Below, piece by piece: positions 39,401 through 53,755 of a DNA stretch of 64,000 nt. The number at the start of each line of letters is the position of its first letter. Position 1 is the stretch's first letter. The DNA is from Phoronis australis (taxonomy: Eukaryota; Animalia; Phoronida). Both the position numbers and the translations under genes were made by a program. The stretch lies in the NCBI GenBank assembly GCA_002633005.1, contig NMRA01000659.1:158419-222418 (forward strand), in the 5' to 3' direction. The notes beneath the pieces were generated by a model. That model saw only the letters and a list, made by a program, of their open reading frames with translations, ran no database searches and had not been told where the DNA came from.

Positions 39401-42400
39401 CTGTACAACATCATCTGGTGTTAGGCAACATCATGGCAAAGATGAGTCGGCACATGGGTAAGAGTACACATGCCCTTAGAGGGGTGACACGTGTGAATGC
39501 AATCCCACATTGGCATTTGAGGTTCCCCTCAGCCGACACGAGTCTGATTATAACTGATCTAGAAAAGATTGATAACTGCTGAGGAATAGAGATAGGAAGA
39601 ATTGGTGAGAACTGTGGTCAAGATAGAATGTTTGCATTGACAAACTCCTAAGTGGAAAATGAAAGTTATATTGAAATATTTCTTGTGCACAGTGGCACTG
39701 CTTTTCCCAGAAGTAGCATCGCAGAAGCAGCGTACAAACTGAGCATAGGAAACAGCTGGTGGAAGTCTGTATAGTGATTCTGATATAGAAATCGATCGTC
39801 AAACTTTCATAATACAGTGGTGAAACTTTCAAAATGTAGACCTCTAGCTGCTGTAAAACTCTCGTCAGCCTTATGTTTAGAATATAGACTAATCCACTAA
39901 GTTTTTATGAATGGTAAAAAAATTGAGTAATCTTATTGAATCTGCTGGCTTCAGTGTACGCTAGTCGTGAAATTATTGTCCAATCAAAATAAATGGTGCT
40001 ATTTCCTTATGAACTTTCGACTTAAAGTCATTGCATTATAGTGCACTGTGTTACCTGCATGGTATATCCTTGTGAAAATTTAGTTTATTTTGAGGCATGC
40101 AATGGTGATAGTAAGACATCCATGTTTTCAGGAGGGCACTTCCGGTATTCTCTGTTTACATGTTTACATTAATCTTCTGTACTGTCATGATCTTGTGAGC
40201 TCCCCCCTATTGATTCAGAAATCATCCTCCAGATGTCGTTGTATTCCCTGAGAGCACTGAACAAGTCAGTGACTTGGCCAAGATTTGCTATGAACACTCA
40301 GCCCCCATAATTCCTTTTGGAGCTGGATCTGGCTTTGAAGGAGGAGTAACAGCACCTCACGTATGTTGGTATAATGTTATTTTGAGTTGATGGTTTTCCG
40401 GGCTAGAAATTATTAATGCCTGGGCCCATGGGCCAGGTTCATGAATATGTACATGTAGGTACTGTATAATGAATCAGAAAAGCCATATGCGATCAGTAGT
40501 GTTAATTTTATGGAATAAATAGTGACTTTGGTTCTGTTTTTCACTTTTTGATTTTAGCATCAATTGTTAAGAAGCCAACCATTGTTTCTTGTTTTTGTGA
40601 AACGTCCATGTTCATTGGGTCAGGTGATGTGACTAACAGGTGGCGTGCAGACCAGACTTAAAAATGTTTGTGATCAATGGGTTATGCTGAGTGGTTTGAA
40701 TTTGGAAGAGGCATAAACTCACATTCCGTAGGCCACGTTACTACAGATGTTAAATTGGTCTCAACTCGACCTTAATATTCAGCCGTCATCATGTGGCGAG
40801 ACGTTTGAGGTCAAAAGTTTGCTTATTGTGATGCTGTGAAAATCGACAACATGCTGTGAGTCCGCTCTAAAGTACTCCCGCTACACGAATGGGAAGCAGA
40901 ATTTATCAAAACCAGAAGTGGCTTCTTAGAATGGCTTTTGATGCCCGATATTATAGGATAATGTCATGTTTTTTCGTCTTTTAATACTACACCTGATTAT
41001 ATGTCGACTGACTAGATCTCAATAATATGATGCGCTAGTGTTGATCGTGCAAAGAACTGGCAGTTTACGCGTTATGTTTGCGTGCTATATTATCCAGGGT
41101 GGTGTCAGCTTTGACATGATCAAGATGGATCAAGTGTTGTCAGTTAATGCTGAAGACTTTGACTGCACAGTGCAGCCAGGTGTGACAAGAATTGGCATTA
41201 ATGAATACCTACGAGACACGGGGCTGTGGTTCCCTGTTGGTGAGTCACTGTGGTGTTTTCACATTGCGTAACCGGGCTTACTATCTTGTTATACGAGAGG
41301 CTTAAAGATGACAAACTGTTTTGAGAGCATACAGGGCATTGACTTGAAGTAGCTATGAACCCGGGTTCCATAAAAAAAATTACAAACTTTTGATTTTGGT
41401 CACTTTTGACTGTGACACTGGTCTTGACTGATTCCTTACTCAGATTAGAAGTGAGTTCTGGGTTTGCACAGGACTGATAGTTTGTTTCCTGAAGCCATGC
41501 TTGATGCGTAAAATGACACGGTGTGACCAGCCAACTTGTAGAGTCTGGTCTTAACCAATAACAAACTTACAGTTCTTTCAAAACCCAGAAGTCACCTCTA
41601 AATTGACACAGGAACACTTTGAAACTAGTTTCATTATAGTGGTGAGTGGTAAAAATATAACAAAAGTGATAAACAAGAAGACAGGTTTATGATCACTAAG
41701 TCTTTTAATTTCTGTTGTTTGTTGCTTTTGTTGAAATTCGTATTTATTTTTGAATTTCCACCACAACTTTGCTAAGACTAGACATTTGTAATAAAAACTT
41801 GTAAAATGTGACAGTAACTTAAGGTGACCTGAACTCTCTTTTGAGTGACTAACAAATTTTCTTCAATGTTTTTGGCGTTATGATTACTATGACAAAAGCA
41901 GGTTGTCATGCGACCAACTATTCACTGTAAAAATTGCCATGTGACCCATTTTCCCAGAATGCAACAAATATATTCAAAAACGGTATGTCAAGCTCTACAT
42001 CTAGCTTGTGTAGAGGTAAATATCCAACTCTCTCAGAAACTTATAATTCTACATTCCAATGATGATCACATAGTTTTCAAGCGACACAAGTCATGGTAGA
42101 TGTTGACAATGATGGCTGTCAAAAACAGATGAATGAACAAGTATGCAGAGTTGAGATCACTGGCATTTGATTGACAATGTTTGAGACTTTTCTGTCACAC
42201 TCATCAAACTTTTCATTGCAATATTCAAAATACAATTGTGCGTAGATTTTACTAGCACATTTAGATGTATAGTGTCCTTCAATTGGCCGCAACACATCTG
42301 TGTTGTAATAGCATTTTCATTAAACGTGATCAGAATGGAGTTCTGCAAGCAACACCCGTCGCATGCATACTTGAAAAAAGACGGCTCATAATGCAGGTAA

Positions 42401-45400
42401 CTGACAGGAAACCAACAGCGGCTGCGCGCAACCATCGTATTTGCCAAAGTGAAGTCCTGCCAACAACTTAAAATTTTAATTTTTTCACTACTAATAATTT
42501 TTTTACATTTCTGCAAGCGATGAAGTCGCTTCTGGGCTATTGGAAACCACAGTTATGTAAGAAAGCTTATTACACCAAAAACCGGATACAACATGCAGCA
42601 AATAAGACAGATGGCTAACAACAGGATCCGATGGCGTTCGGTCACAGAGACCCTATCCACCACGGGGTGGCAAGGGTTTTACTACGTTATTACACAAAAG
42701 TGAACTGGTGATTTCTTTGAATGTAACCTTTGACTCTAGATCCTGGGGCCGAGGCGTCGTTGTGTGGCATGTGCGCCACCAGTGCGTCAGGAACCAATGC
42801 GGTGCGCTATGGAACAATGAGGGAGAATGTACTTAACCTGGAGGTGGTCCTGGCAGACGGACGAGTAATTCACACAGCTGGCGAGGGCAGACGAACAAAG
42901 TATGTTGATTTCAAAGGAGGCTTTAATTGATTGAACATTGTTTTTGTTTGAGCAAATGATCTTAACACGAGTCCTCAAAATTATAAATCACCAATTTTTT
43001 GCCTATATAATGTCTTTCTGTTGAGGTTTCCCAGTTGTTTGACTGGGTGAGCGATGTTGCACAATGTAAGGATGCTTCATTTATGGAGTCGTGCTGATCA
43101 CTTTTAGGCTGCAAGAGAGCCATCAACGCAGCGTTCAAAGACATGCAAGCAAAAGTTACACTATAGCAGGTCATTAGTTCTGGCGGCTTGCCTAATTAGG
43201 AAACTCAAGTGTTTCCACATTACTGTTTTGTTACAGGAAGACGTCTGCTGGCTATAATCTGACCAATCTGTTTGTTGGGTCAGAGGGAACGCTTGGTCTC
43301 ATCACCAAGGCAACACTGAGGCTTGCTGGACAGCCTGAATCTGTACGTCGTATTCTTACACTGGAGCTACATTAAATGACAAGAAGTTTTGTGTTGGTTA
43401 GCTGGATAGGCATTTTTCTGCTTCTTGTTTATAAGATTGATTTGAGTCTCTAGCAAAACTCACAATTTTGGTGAGCTGCAGTTTTGCCGAATTTTGACAC
43501 AGATCAGTACATACTGAATGTCTACACAACATGATATCTTTGTTATAATGCATTTAATTGTTTCTTTATCTATTTCGAACCTCTTCTGGATGTTTTTTTT
43601 CGAAATCTTTCTAAAACATTTTGAGAAAACACTGGTTGCTGACTGATTGGCTCAACTAGTGATTGACATACACTCAAAAGTGGCCAAACATGGCTTCCTC
43701 CCAAGACTGGCTTAAGAGATTGTAATCATGAACAATTATGGACTTTCACAGTGGATCAATATGTTGGTTTTCCAATCCCAGAAATATGATAATGACCTCG
43801 ACTTGAGGTTTTGTTACTACTGCGTGTATAGATGATTGTTCTGAATCCATCTATTTTCTCGTTTTATTGTCTTACAGATAGTTTCTGCCGTGTGTCATTT
43901 TCCTTCCATTAAGGCTGCTGTAGACACGAGTGTACAAGTCTTGCAGTGTGGGGTACCTGTGGCGAGGATTGGTTTGTTATAAAACTTTTCTAAGTCTCTA
44001 TGTGTTGACAGTGTTGACCCATCTGTGAAACAAAAACGGAAGGGTTGCTGACCAAAAATTTTGACATCATTCTAAAGGATGCGAAATTCGATTTTGTAGA
44101 TTTCTTCCAAGCTTTCATTTTTAGCACAGTTTGAGTGTTGTTGAATGAAGGTTTAGAATGTATCATTCCATGCTCAAACACATCCTTCTAGAGCCACGTG
44201 GAAATTATGATGAAAGTTACCAAGGCCAAAAGGATCGCCTCTCAATCTTGCAAAGATTGAGCAGTGAAACTTGCTTTAAGTGCCTATATTTTACAAAGGT
44301 GATAAAGTTATTTTGATTGTCTTAGACTAGTTAGTTCGACACATCACCAAGGTGGAATACACAAAGCACTTTTTTAGAAAGACTGAGGAATGAAATCTTG
44401 TCTGTCAGATTGGTTCCTTTTGTCAAAGCTGTGGCAAAAGTTATGAAATAATCCAGAAATTATAGTTCTGTATCGTTCAATAAAAAATACTTGCACCTGT
44501 GATGTTTTTACACCAAAATGTGTTTCACTGATTTTCATTGAAAAGTGTTTCGATTTTTTTGTTGAAAAGTTCGCAGTTATAATTCAGTTACTAAATGCTT
44601 AGAACACGCTGGGTTTTAAGTCTGCACATTGACACATGTCAATTGTTATAGAGAAATTACTAACTAGTACAATATCAACTGTAAATATACCACATTGCTC
44701 TACATATAGTGTGTAGATCTACTAATCATCAGCTTACATTGATGCCCTAACTGGGGGTCAGACCATAGTCATACCTTGAGACATATCAGCCAATGGTACC
44801 ACTGATTTATGTACAAAGTCTTCTCTTGAGTTGAGTGAGTGTGGAATAGAATTTGTTTTTTTTTACTTTTTACCTATCTTACATTAATTATTTTTTAGTG
44901 AAGTGTGACAAAAAGTAAAGGCTTTATTCCTACAACAGTGGCAGTAACATGATCAAATTCCTGGATGGATGAGATATGACTTTCTGACGTCAGCTAAAGC
45001 TAACTCTGTTAAAATACTGGTTGCAGAATTACTGGATGAAGCTCAAATTGAAGCAAGCAACCGATACAGTAAGACGAACTGGGAGGTGAAACCTTCACTG
45101 TTCCTAGAGTTCCATGGAACACAGCAACATGCTGAGGATCAGGCTGTTGTCACCAGTGAGTTGCACAGTCATGTTTTTAACACTCATATACACGTACATG
45201 TGGCTGACTGCATAATTATTGTTAAATGTAATATTAACAGTTTTTCAATTTGAGAAAAAAATAATTGCTAAAATTGCCATATTTTTATTTTTCAGTGATT
45301 TACATTTAGTTGTTAGTGCAAACAGTCAAAATTTCACAAATTTTTGTTTCGTAATGGCTATGCCATGCCATACTAACCATGCTAAAAGCTAATTAAATTT

Positions 45401-47649
45401 TGGGTGCAAGTAAAGTTTTGTGAACAGATATTTTAGTTGAGAAAATTTGACTAAGTGAAATTTCACCTGCTGCAAACTGAGGAATGTTTACCATACACCC
45501 CATAGCACTTTGGTAAAGAATTCAGCATTAACAGCTAAACAGTGGCAAACTACCACAGTAAGCTTGACCAGGCTTGGTCATGTTTCGCTAAGTACTGTTT
45601 TGTTGCAGAGGAAATTGCTGAAATGAATGGGGGTGATGACTTCCAATGGTCGCATGACCTGGAAGAGCGTAATCGTCTGTGGAAGGCGCGTCACGAGTGT
45701 TGGTACGCGTGCCTGTCACTGAGAGCTGACTGTAAGGTTTGTGTTGTAACTAAACTGTCGATCAATGTTCACTGTGTCAGGGTCCTGGGACACCGTGTCA
45801 CCTGAGCTAGGAGACTTGTCTCGCACAAATTTGACGAATTTATCAGTTTGTGTGCTATTTAAAGATCTCTAGCCTTCATGTTTTGGATATGTTGAGAGAT
45901 TAATTTTTCATCTCTTGTTTATCATCGAAACTTGTCCATTTTGAGTGTTGTTTTTCATAGAAAATTGCACAAATAATTTCAATATTTCACTTGGCTTGTA
46001 GTGTCGGTGTGAGACAGTGGTGATGAGGCGCTTAAAATGGTGATGTGACTCTCTTGGAATGTTTCACTGAATTTTGGGCACACATTCCACAATATGCACA
46101 TGTACTAAAACTGTCGAATGTTTTCTTTAAATGCACATCATGGTTTGGCTTCATTTCAGGCAATTTCTACTGACGTTGTTGTACCAATATCACATTTGCC
46201 TGATGTGATTGTACAGACGCAAGAAGACATAAAGAATTTTGGGCTTACAGGTGAGCTGTGCACACTGTTATGAAGACATGCTTTGTGAGTAAACCGGCAC
46301 TTCTTAACCCATTTACATAACTTTTCATCAGACTGCCAGCTGTTCATGGCACAAATTGTTCTAGTGCAGCTGAGATGTTCTGTATAATTTTAACATCACA
46401 AGAGCAATTTGGGATCCGCTTGCTCTATGATGTTGCACAAATTAGTCAATAATTCGGCAGGGTTGCATAAGACTTAATCTTCAACAATTGCAATGTAACG
46501 CGTTTGCCTTGCCAATGCATTGTCATTGTTGCTATCCAGCATGGTGTAACATTGTTGCTATTCAGCATGATGTAACATTTATGTGAGGCCCTGGGTCTAA
46601 TCTCAAAATTATTTTTGGCAGTTTCATTTCTAATGTTTTGCTAACTCGAGATAAGTGTCTATTAGAATTCTGTGTTAGATTACACTATGGATCATGCATG
46701 TGACTGTGTTTCTAGTCCAAAATTGAGCTTGATTACAACTAGATTCAAAACTCGAGATTTCAGGTAATAACTTGAGGTTTTTAGTTCAAACCTTCAATGC
46801 TGAGGATTAGACAGTTATCCGCATAAACTATAATGTATATGAACACAGAATAATGCATTGTTATCTTGAATTTGCACAGACGTAGAGTGGAGAAATTGAC
46901 AAAAAAAAAAGATTTTGAGTACTAAGATTAAACCCTGAGGTAGCCATAATCAAATGTAGGACATGCAAAATGCAAACAGCTAGGTGCTGTCTGTAATCTA
47001 CACAGTGTAAAATGAACCAGTATCCTCAGGAAAGTCAACCGTAAAAGTACATGACTGTGCACTGTCAGATGACTTGCTGGCTCGTGTCATCATTTCGTGT
47101 ATTTTTTTCTGCATACAGGACCTCTGTTGGGACATGTTGGTGATGGTAACTTCCATGTTTTCCTTCAAGTGGACGTCAACAACAAGGAGGAAATGGAAAC
47201 TGCCCATTTATTTATTGACCGACTGGCTGAGTACGTACTGTACAGTAATGCTTGGGGGAGGGGCTTGAATTTGGATTGATGTAATCCTTGGCTTCTATAG
47301 CTCTGTTGACATTAACTCATTAGAAAAACTGCAATTTTGTGATGGTGTATTTATGAGGAAATTAATTCTTGTTTATATGTCTACTACAGGAATGATTTAA
47401 AATATAATTCATGGAGGAAAGTTTTCGTACCAGATGAAGATGTACCTTTGTATTGGTTTCATTTGCAGGAGAGCACTGGCTGTCAACGGAACCTGTACTG
47501 GGGAGCATGGGATTGGCTTGGGAAAGCGCCATCTGTTGCCAAAAGAGATTGGCGCTACTGGCTTAGAAGTGATGAAGCAAATTAAAAAAGCACTAGACCC
47601 TAAAGGGCTCATGAACCCTGGCAAGATTTTTTACTATGAGCAACAATAG
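36481..47649 (+). CDS. LDHD: Mitochondrial D-lactate dehydrogenase (FAD-linked oxidase family), complete, 12 coding exons, 503 aa
   Basis: GT-AG exons: 36481-36582 (transit-peptide-like [11 protein letters not shown]..., least certain), 39333-39457 (HGKDESAH), 40219-40360 (PDVVVFPES...[12 protein letters not shown]), 41098-41239, 42740-42899 ([27 protein letters not shown]), 43237-43342 ([17 protein letters not shown]), 43878-43971, 45027-45155, 45609-45736, 46160-46250, 47119-47230 (GHVGDGNFH), 47469-47649 (GEHGIGLGK...MNPGK). Total 1512 nt, in frame. Confidence 0.96.
37900..38738. mobile_element. Internally deleted Kolobok-like DNA transposon in LDHD intron 1
   Basis: Minus-strand frameshifted THAP (KRC.SGGCSNS...[15 protein letters not shown]...[13 protein letters not shown], about 38300-38500) converges on a plus-strand acidic ORF start at 37994 ([16 protein letters not shown]...[11 protein letters not shown]...[10 protein letters not shown]). 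Imperfect subterminal inverted repeat at about 37945-37970 and 38591-38619. CACT|TTAA end at 38738. Confidence 0.65.
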
Positions 47650-50231
47650 ATAAACTTGTTTATAAGGTAATTATCAACCTTCACATTCCCTATTTATCAA
47701 TTTTTTGGAATATCAAGATGGAAATATGAAACGAGAAATTTTGTAAGGATATCTCACATGTTCTATAGACATGACAAAATGTACGTTTTCTAGCTGATAG
47801 CAAAGTTTGTTTCAACTTTGGAGCAGAAAGTGTTTGTGTGATATTACCATGTTCTGGTTAAAGCAATAGACTATCCTCCACTGTTGTCTGTGATCGTGGC
47901 ATTGCATTATGGGATGCTTGCAGTGTTTGAAGAAACAAACTGCACATGTATACCGTTGCTGGTTGGACAGTGAAGACAGAGTAGACTCAGTAATGGGACT
48001 TGGTTACATACACTTTCCTTTTAGTTTGTATTTGCTGCTTTTGACTAGCATTATATAGCTTTGCATTGCCATTAAAAGACCCTTAATTAGCTATTAGCTG
48101 GCGGGAATTGAACTGTAGATTCGAGGCAGGGGCGGATCCAGCTTGTTGGTTTTCTGAAAGCGATTGTGTGATTGGTGTGTTCAAACATGAATCATCATAA
48201 ACAACAATAGTATGGCAATATAAACAGTAGAGTACAAAATTCAAAAGACTATTATTGATTAAAAATAAAAATAATTTCATAACGAAAAGCGCCAATGATT
48301 AAGTACAATAATCAAGATTCAGATTTCTTTCATGGTGTTTTGATAGCTGTGATAGCATGGACAAAGGTAGCCATCTATTAATGAAAACTACGTCGTGGTT
48401 AGTCTGGTCCCCCCCGCAATGAAGGTGCAATAGACCTTGTTTCTGTGTTCGGTTTTGGTTTGTTATCATTAACACTAGATGCTGGTGTTTACGAATATTG
48501 TGCTAAAACTTTGACAAAATGTGGTCTGTGAAATAAAGTGCTAAGTGAAGTCTCTTTAATTTTGGCTTTCCGTGTTTTTAACATGGTCACATGATTTGTT
48601 AGTTATATGGTGGAAATGCCTTCTTCTATTTAGTGTGTGGAATTTTCAAATAAAAGGTAATTTTAAGGAGTTTGTACTTCATTCACAAAGCGGCTATAAA
48701 CTTGGATTGTGTACATGAAACTAACTTTTGGTGTATACCACTTAACCTACAAAATTTGTTCCTTACTTGGATGAGAAGTGTTTGCTGACAATTCATGCTC
48801 GGAGAGTAAAGTGGTCGGTACCCTGTGATGAGTCTACTGGTAGATTATGGTCTTAAGCAACAACGACAGTCAGTTCTTTCCAAATCCAGATATTGTACCT
48901 ATTTTGACTAAAAAACATTTTGAAATCAGTTAACCCCCATAAGTGAGAGGTATCAGCATTTGCAACAGTCAAACTTTTGGAAAAATGGCGATTTCAACAA
49001 GTTTTGTCCACAGGTAAATCAGGTTGTGTACATGATGTATGTGTTCTCATTACAAACCTTGGTTTTCGTTGTAAAATAATGGGGGCATGTGGCTTACCGT
49101 GTAACATTGTTTTGTTTGCTGGCATTTTTAATGTAATATTAAATGTTGGTAATGCCCTTGAAATTTTTTGAAGGTACTAATAAATATTTAATTAAATTAT
49201 AATTTTTTTGTTCAAATTTGCCCATGGTCATCTGCTCGACTTCTTCACTTTTGATTGAGTTCGGAGATAAAATTCTAGATCCAGGTCACATTTCTAATCT
49301 GAGTGAGGAACAATTCAGTTGGTGGTCTATATAAAAAATGTCTTTTTGCAGCAGCATATGTGATGAAGCTTATCAGCTGGGAGAAACAACACGTCGGTGC
49401 AGATAATCATTTTATTTGTATTTCTAGAAGCAGGAACGGTGTAGATCTACATCAAAGCAGGAAATTGCGTCAAGAGTTTCATAATCCGATAGTCTTCCAG
49501 TCATTTTCCAATGGTAGTCTGTCCCGGTCTGTAATCGAATGAATGCACAAGGCAGTCGGTGACCTTAATAATGCGTAATATTTTAGCTGGCTGTCAATCC
49601 TGGCGACATTGCCAAATGTCACTTACGTGTAAATTGCATTAAGAATTATCTAACTCAACCTTTAACTAAGAAGAAACTAAATGCTACAAAGGGAATGATG
49701 ACGTCAGCACTGGAAACACATTCTTAGTTGCTCCTGCTGTCAATGAGAACGTGGGTGATTGGTCACGTGGGACCCGTTGGCAGTGGCCTCTAGAGGACAA
49801 CATAGGAATCGATTTATTGTTAGATGCCACCTGATGCGAAGAAAAGTACTTCCTGCTAGAGCCAGATGGCGATGAATCGCCGGTCCTATGTGATCAGCCC
49901 CCATTGCTTCTTGAAAAGCTCTCAATGGATTAGAATAACTTATAGCAGCTTGACTATTATCATTACAAAACATCTCAAGGCGAGCCATGAGTTTCATCTA
50001 CATTCACCTCACGCTCTGATTCGTCAGTGCATATCTTCGTTCTGCAGATACTTGGCAAGCTCCCTGGCCATTTCATCGTCAATCTCGTCCTCTGAAAATA
50101 CACTCTTGATTTGAGCTCTTGATGAATGGAATTATTTTTTCACTGTTCGTGTCCGTGAACATATTGGCTGGGGTTGGAATGTTTCACAAGTTAGTTTCTA
50201 ATTTTGTTCCGTTTTATTTTCACGTTTTGGC

Positions 50232-50609
50232 TTTAGGCCTACTGAGTTATGGTTATGAATATTCGGTTTTATATTTTTCCCTGAAAAACTAAAACAAATA
50301 TCAAAACCTATCAAGTAATATGTAAATAACTTGTCAAAAAAACTTAAAACTCAAGTTTAACCTTACTTTGCTACACTTCACTGGCTGCCTTTTCTTAGCC
50401 GCCATCTCGTGGCCGGATCAGTATCCCTAGTGTCTGAAGCTTTAAACTATACTGAACAGCTGAGGCAAATGTTTCATTTCTCTTATAAAAAATTGGTATT
50501 GAAGTTCACAAATTTTTATACTGATAGAAACAACTATGTTCGGCCGTTCGGCATTATTTGTACGCTAACTGATCGGATAAAACGGGCAAGTGTTTTAGGT
50601 GTGATCCCT
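50232..50609. repeat. Copy 1 of a ~377-bp near-identical direct repeat (copy 2 at 54434-54810)
   Basis: Identical to copy 2 apart from about 5 small differences. Confidence 0.92.
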
Positions 50610-53317
50610 GTTGTATATCTTGACCATAGAGGTCGCTAGCAGTCCAGTTTTCGAAATAAAGTTCTGTATCGGAACTCACGACGTTTTTGTTGGCTGCTTA
50701 ATGAAGCAAACTCAACATATTGGCGACGAGTTACGGAACTGAAACCCAGGATTTGGAGAATTAGGACCTGTCTGCACGTAATTTGCGTGAAATGACGATT
50801 GTTGGTGCTACCAATGGGTAAATTTTGACTGAAACCTGTTTCGTGAAAACTCACACTTGAGCGTGGTGCTTCATTTCTGTACGTTGTTTATTGAGCCCCA
50901 GACGTGCCTGGATTTCTGGGCCAGACAAGTTATATACATTGTAACTGGTAATATGGCTGGTAAAATTGGAAAAATAGACGTATTTGATGAAACAGTAGAG
51001 ACTTGGTGTGCATACAAAGAACGTTTAGATCAATATTTCATTGTGAACGATATTTTTTTCTTCGGAAGAAAGTAAATTGGTCCCGGCATTGTTGAGCCTA
51101 ATAGGTGCAAAAACATATTCGTTACTGAGAGATTTGACATCTCCAGCCTTGCCGTCAACTAGAAGTTACCATGATTTATGTACTATACTTGAACAACACT
51201 TGGCACCGAAGCCATTGGTTATTGCAGAACGGTTCAGGTTTCATAAGCGGGATCAGCGCGAAGGGGAAGGAGTTCTAGAATTTATCGCTCAACTCCGAAA
51301 GCTCAGCACTTACTGCGAATTTGGTGCAAGTTTGTCAGATACCATTAGGGACAGGCTAGTTTGCGGTCTAAGAAATGAGGAAACACAAAAGGAACTTTTG
51401 AGTAAACAGGACTTAACCTTAGCTAAGGCACAAGAAATAGCGGTCGCCATGGAAGCCGCGGCTCGAGACGCCGTGGAATTGCAAAAAAGTACGTCTGTAA
51501 ATAAAGTAAGCTCGACACGTGAGACCACCGCGCGCGAAAAGTCACGCGCGAAAGAACAGGCCCATAATTTTGAGGCCTCAAGGGGTTGTTCTCGATGTAA
51601 TAATAAAAACCACGATGCGAACTCTTGTTTCTTCAAAAACGCAAGGTGTCACAAATGTCATAGGGTCGGACACGTGAAACGCGCCTGTCGTAGCGCAGGA
51701 ATGAATGCGCTAGACAGCGATTCGGATAACGGAAGTAACTTGGGGGTGCTAGATACTATTGAGATCAATAAAGTTTCAGTCGATGACATCATATGGGTAC
51801 ATGTCGAAATTGAAGGCAAGCCATTAGCAATGGAGCTAGATACCGGGGCGAAAGTCTCTGTTATATCCAAGGGGGATTACGACAAACTTATCACAAATAA
51901 ATTGCGTAAAAGCAGCAAGCGTTTGAGAACATATTCCGGTGAGAGTATCACTCCGCTAGGCGTAGCACGCGTAAAGGTGCGTTACGATGAACAGATCGCG
52001 GCAGTTGATTTATACGTGACCGAAAATGGTGGGCCGCCCCTCTTCGGCAGGGAGTGGATAAGAATGTTTCGAATGAGCCCAGAGGATGTAAAGCGCGCAT
52101 TTGGCTTAGGCGAAGATAACGTCAAGGTGCTGAACGAACAGTGCATTACCCAATCAGCTCCTGACCATGCCATCGAGAAAGTTAAGGCCCTTTGTGAAAA
52201 ATACAACGACGTATTCAGTCCGGATCTAGGAACATTAAAACAGATTCAAGCGAGTGTTAAACTAAAGGAAAATGCACAGTCAAAATTTTGTAAAGCCCGC
52301 CCAGTGGCATATGCTATGAGACCAAAGGTTGAGCGCGAGCGTGATAGACTTGTAGAGACAGGAGTGGGCCACGCCAATTGTACCAATTTTAAAGAAAGAT
52401 GGATCCAGCGTGCGACTATGTGGCGATTTCAAAGTGACTATCAACCCGGCTCTAGAAATAAGTAAATATCCATTACCACGGGTAGAAGACATCTTCGCTA
52501 CACTCGCAGGGGGGCAATACTTTACAAAATTAGATTTGAAGAACGCATATCTTCAAATGGAAGTGTGCCCGGAGGACCGTAAATTCCTTACCATTAACAC
52601 TATGAATGGATTATACCAGTACAATCGCCTTCCATTTGGAATAGCATCAGCGCCGGCAATATGGCAAAGAGCCATCGATCAGGTGTTACAGGGTATACCC
52701 AACACCCAGGTCATGCTTGATGATATCATCATAACGGGAAAGTCAACTGAGGAACACCTGGATACCATTGAAAGAGTCCTTAAACGTTTGCAAGAATATG
52801 GTCTCAAGGCAAACTTAGACAAATGTGATATGTTCAAATCGAGGATTAGCTACTGTGGACATGAACTTGATAAGCAAGGTCTTCATAAGACACAAGAGAA
52901 AATTGACGCTGTAGTCAACGCACCTTGCCCCAAAAATGTGAGCCAACTCCGATCGTTTCTCGGATTAGTAAATTACTACCGCAGTTTTCTGCCAAACGCG
53001 TCCTTGGTTCTGGCGCCCTTAAACAAGCTACTGCAGAAGAGTACTATATGGAAATGGTCTGCAGACTGCAGTCGCTCGTTCGCGGAAGTTAAAAGGTTGA
53101 TAACTTCGGCTCAGGTTCTCACCCATTATGACCCGGAAATGCCCATTCGGTTAGCTTGTGATGCAAGCAAAGAAGGTCTAGGTGCTGTTCTCTCACATAT
53201 CATGAGTGATGGAAGCGAACGCCCGATAGCGTTTGCCTCCAGATCGTTGAATTCAGCCGAGAAGAATTATTCTCAAATAGACAAGGAGGCATTGGGAATT
53301 ATGTGGGCAGTAAAAAA
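50609..53317 (+). mobile_element. Ty3/Gypsy LTR retrotransposon (Mag-like), defective, truncated by the assembly gap
   Basis: Short 5' LTR TG...CA at 50609-50717 containing AATAAA. PBS TGGCGACGAG at 50721. gag-pol follows. Confidence 0.93.
50953..53317 (+). pseudogene. Gypsy gag-pol (Gag with two CCHC knuckles, aspartic protease, RT, RNase H), two frameshifts
   Basis: MAGKIGKIDVFDE...; CSRCNNKNHDANSC and CHKCHRVGHVKRAC; ELDTGA; RLCGDFK; LPFGIASAPAIWQ; MLDD; ACDASKEGLGAVL...AEKNYSQIDKEAL. Frameshift at the T-run near 51055 and a deletion near 52362. Confidence 0.9.
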
Positions 53318-53755
53318 NNNNNNNNNNNNNNNNNNNNNNNNNNNNNNNNNNNNNNNNNNNNNNNNNNNNNNNNNNNNNNNNNNNNNNNNNNNNNNNNNNN
53401 NNNNNNNNNNNNNNNNNNNNNNNNNNNNNNNNNNNNNNNNNNNNNNNNNNNNNNNNNNNNNNNNNNNNNNNNNNNNNNNNNNNNNNNNNNNNNNNNNNNN
53501 NNNNNNNNNNNNNNNNNNNNNNNNNNNNNNNNNNNNNNNNNNNNNNNNNNNNNNNNNNNNNNNNNNNNNNNNNNNNNNNNNNNNNNNNNNNNNNNNNNNN
53601 NNNNNNNNNNNNNNNNNNNNNNNNNNNNNNNNNNNNNNNNNNNNNNNNNNNNNNNNNNNNNNNNNNNNNNNNNNNNNNNNNNNNNNNNNNNNNNNNNNNN
53701 NNNNNNNNNNNNNNNNNNNNNNNNNNNNNNNNNNNNNNNNNNNNNNNNNNNNNNN
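53318..53755. other. Assembly gap (438 N)
   Basis: Run of N. Confidence 1.
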
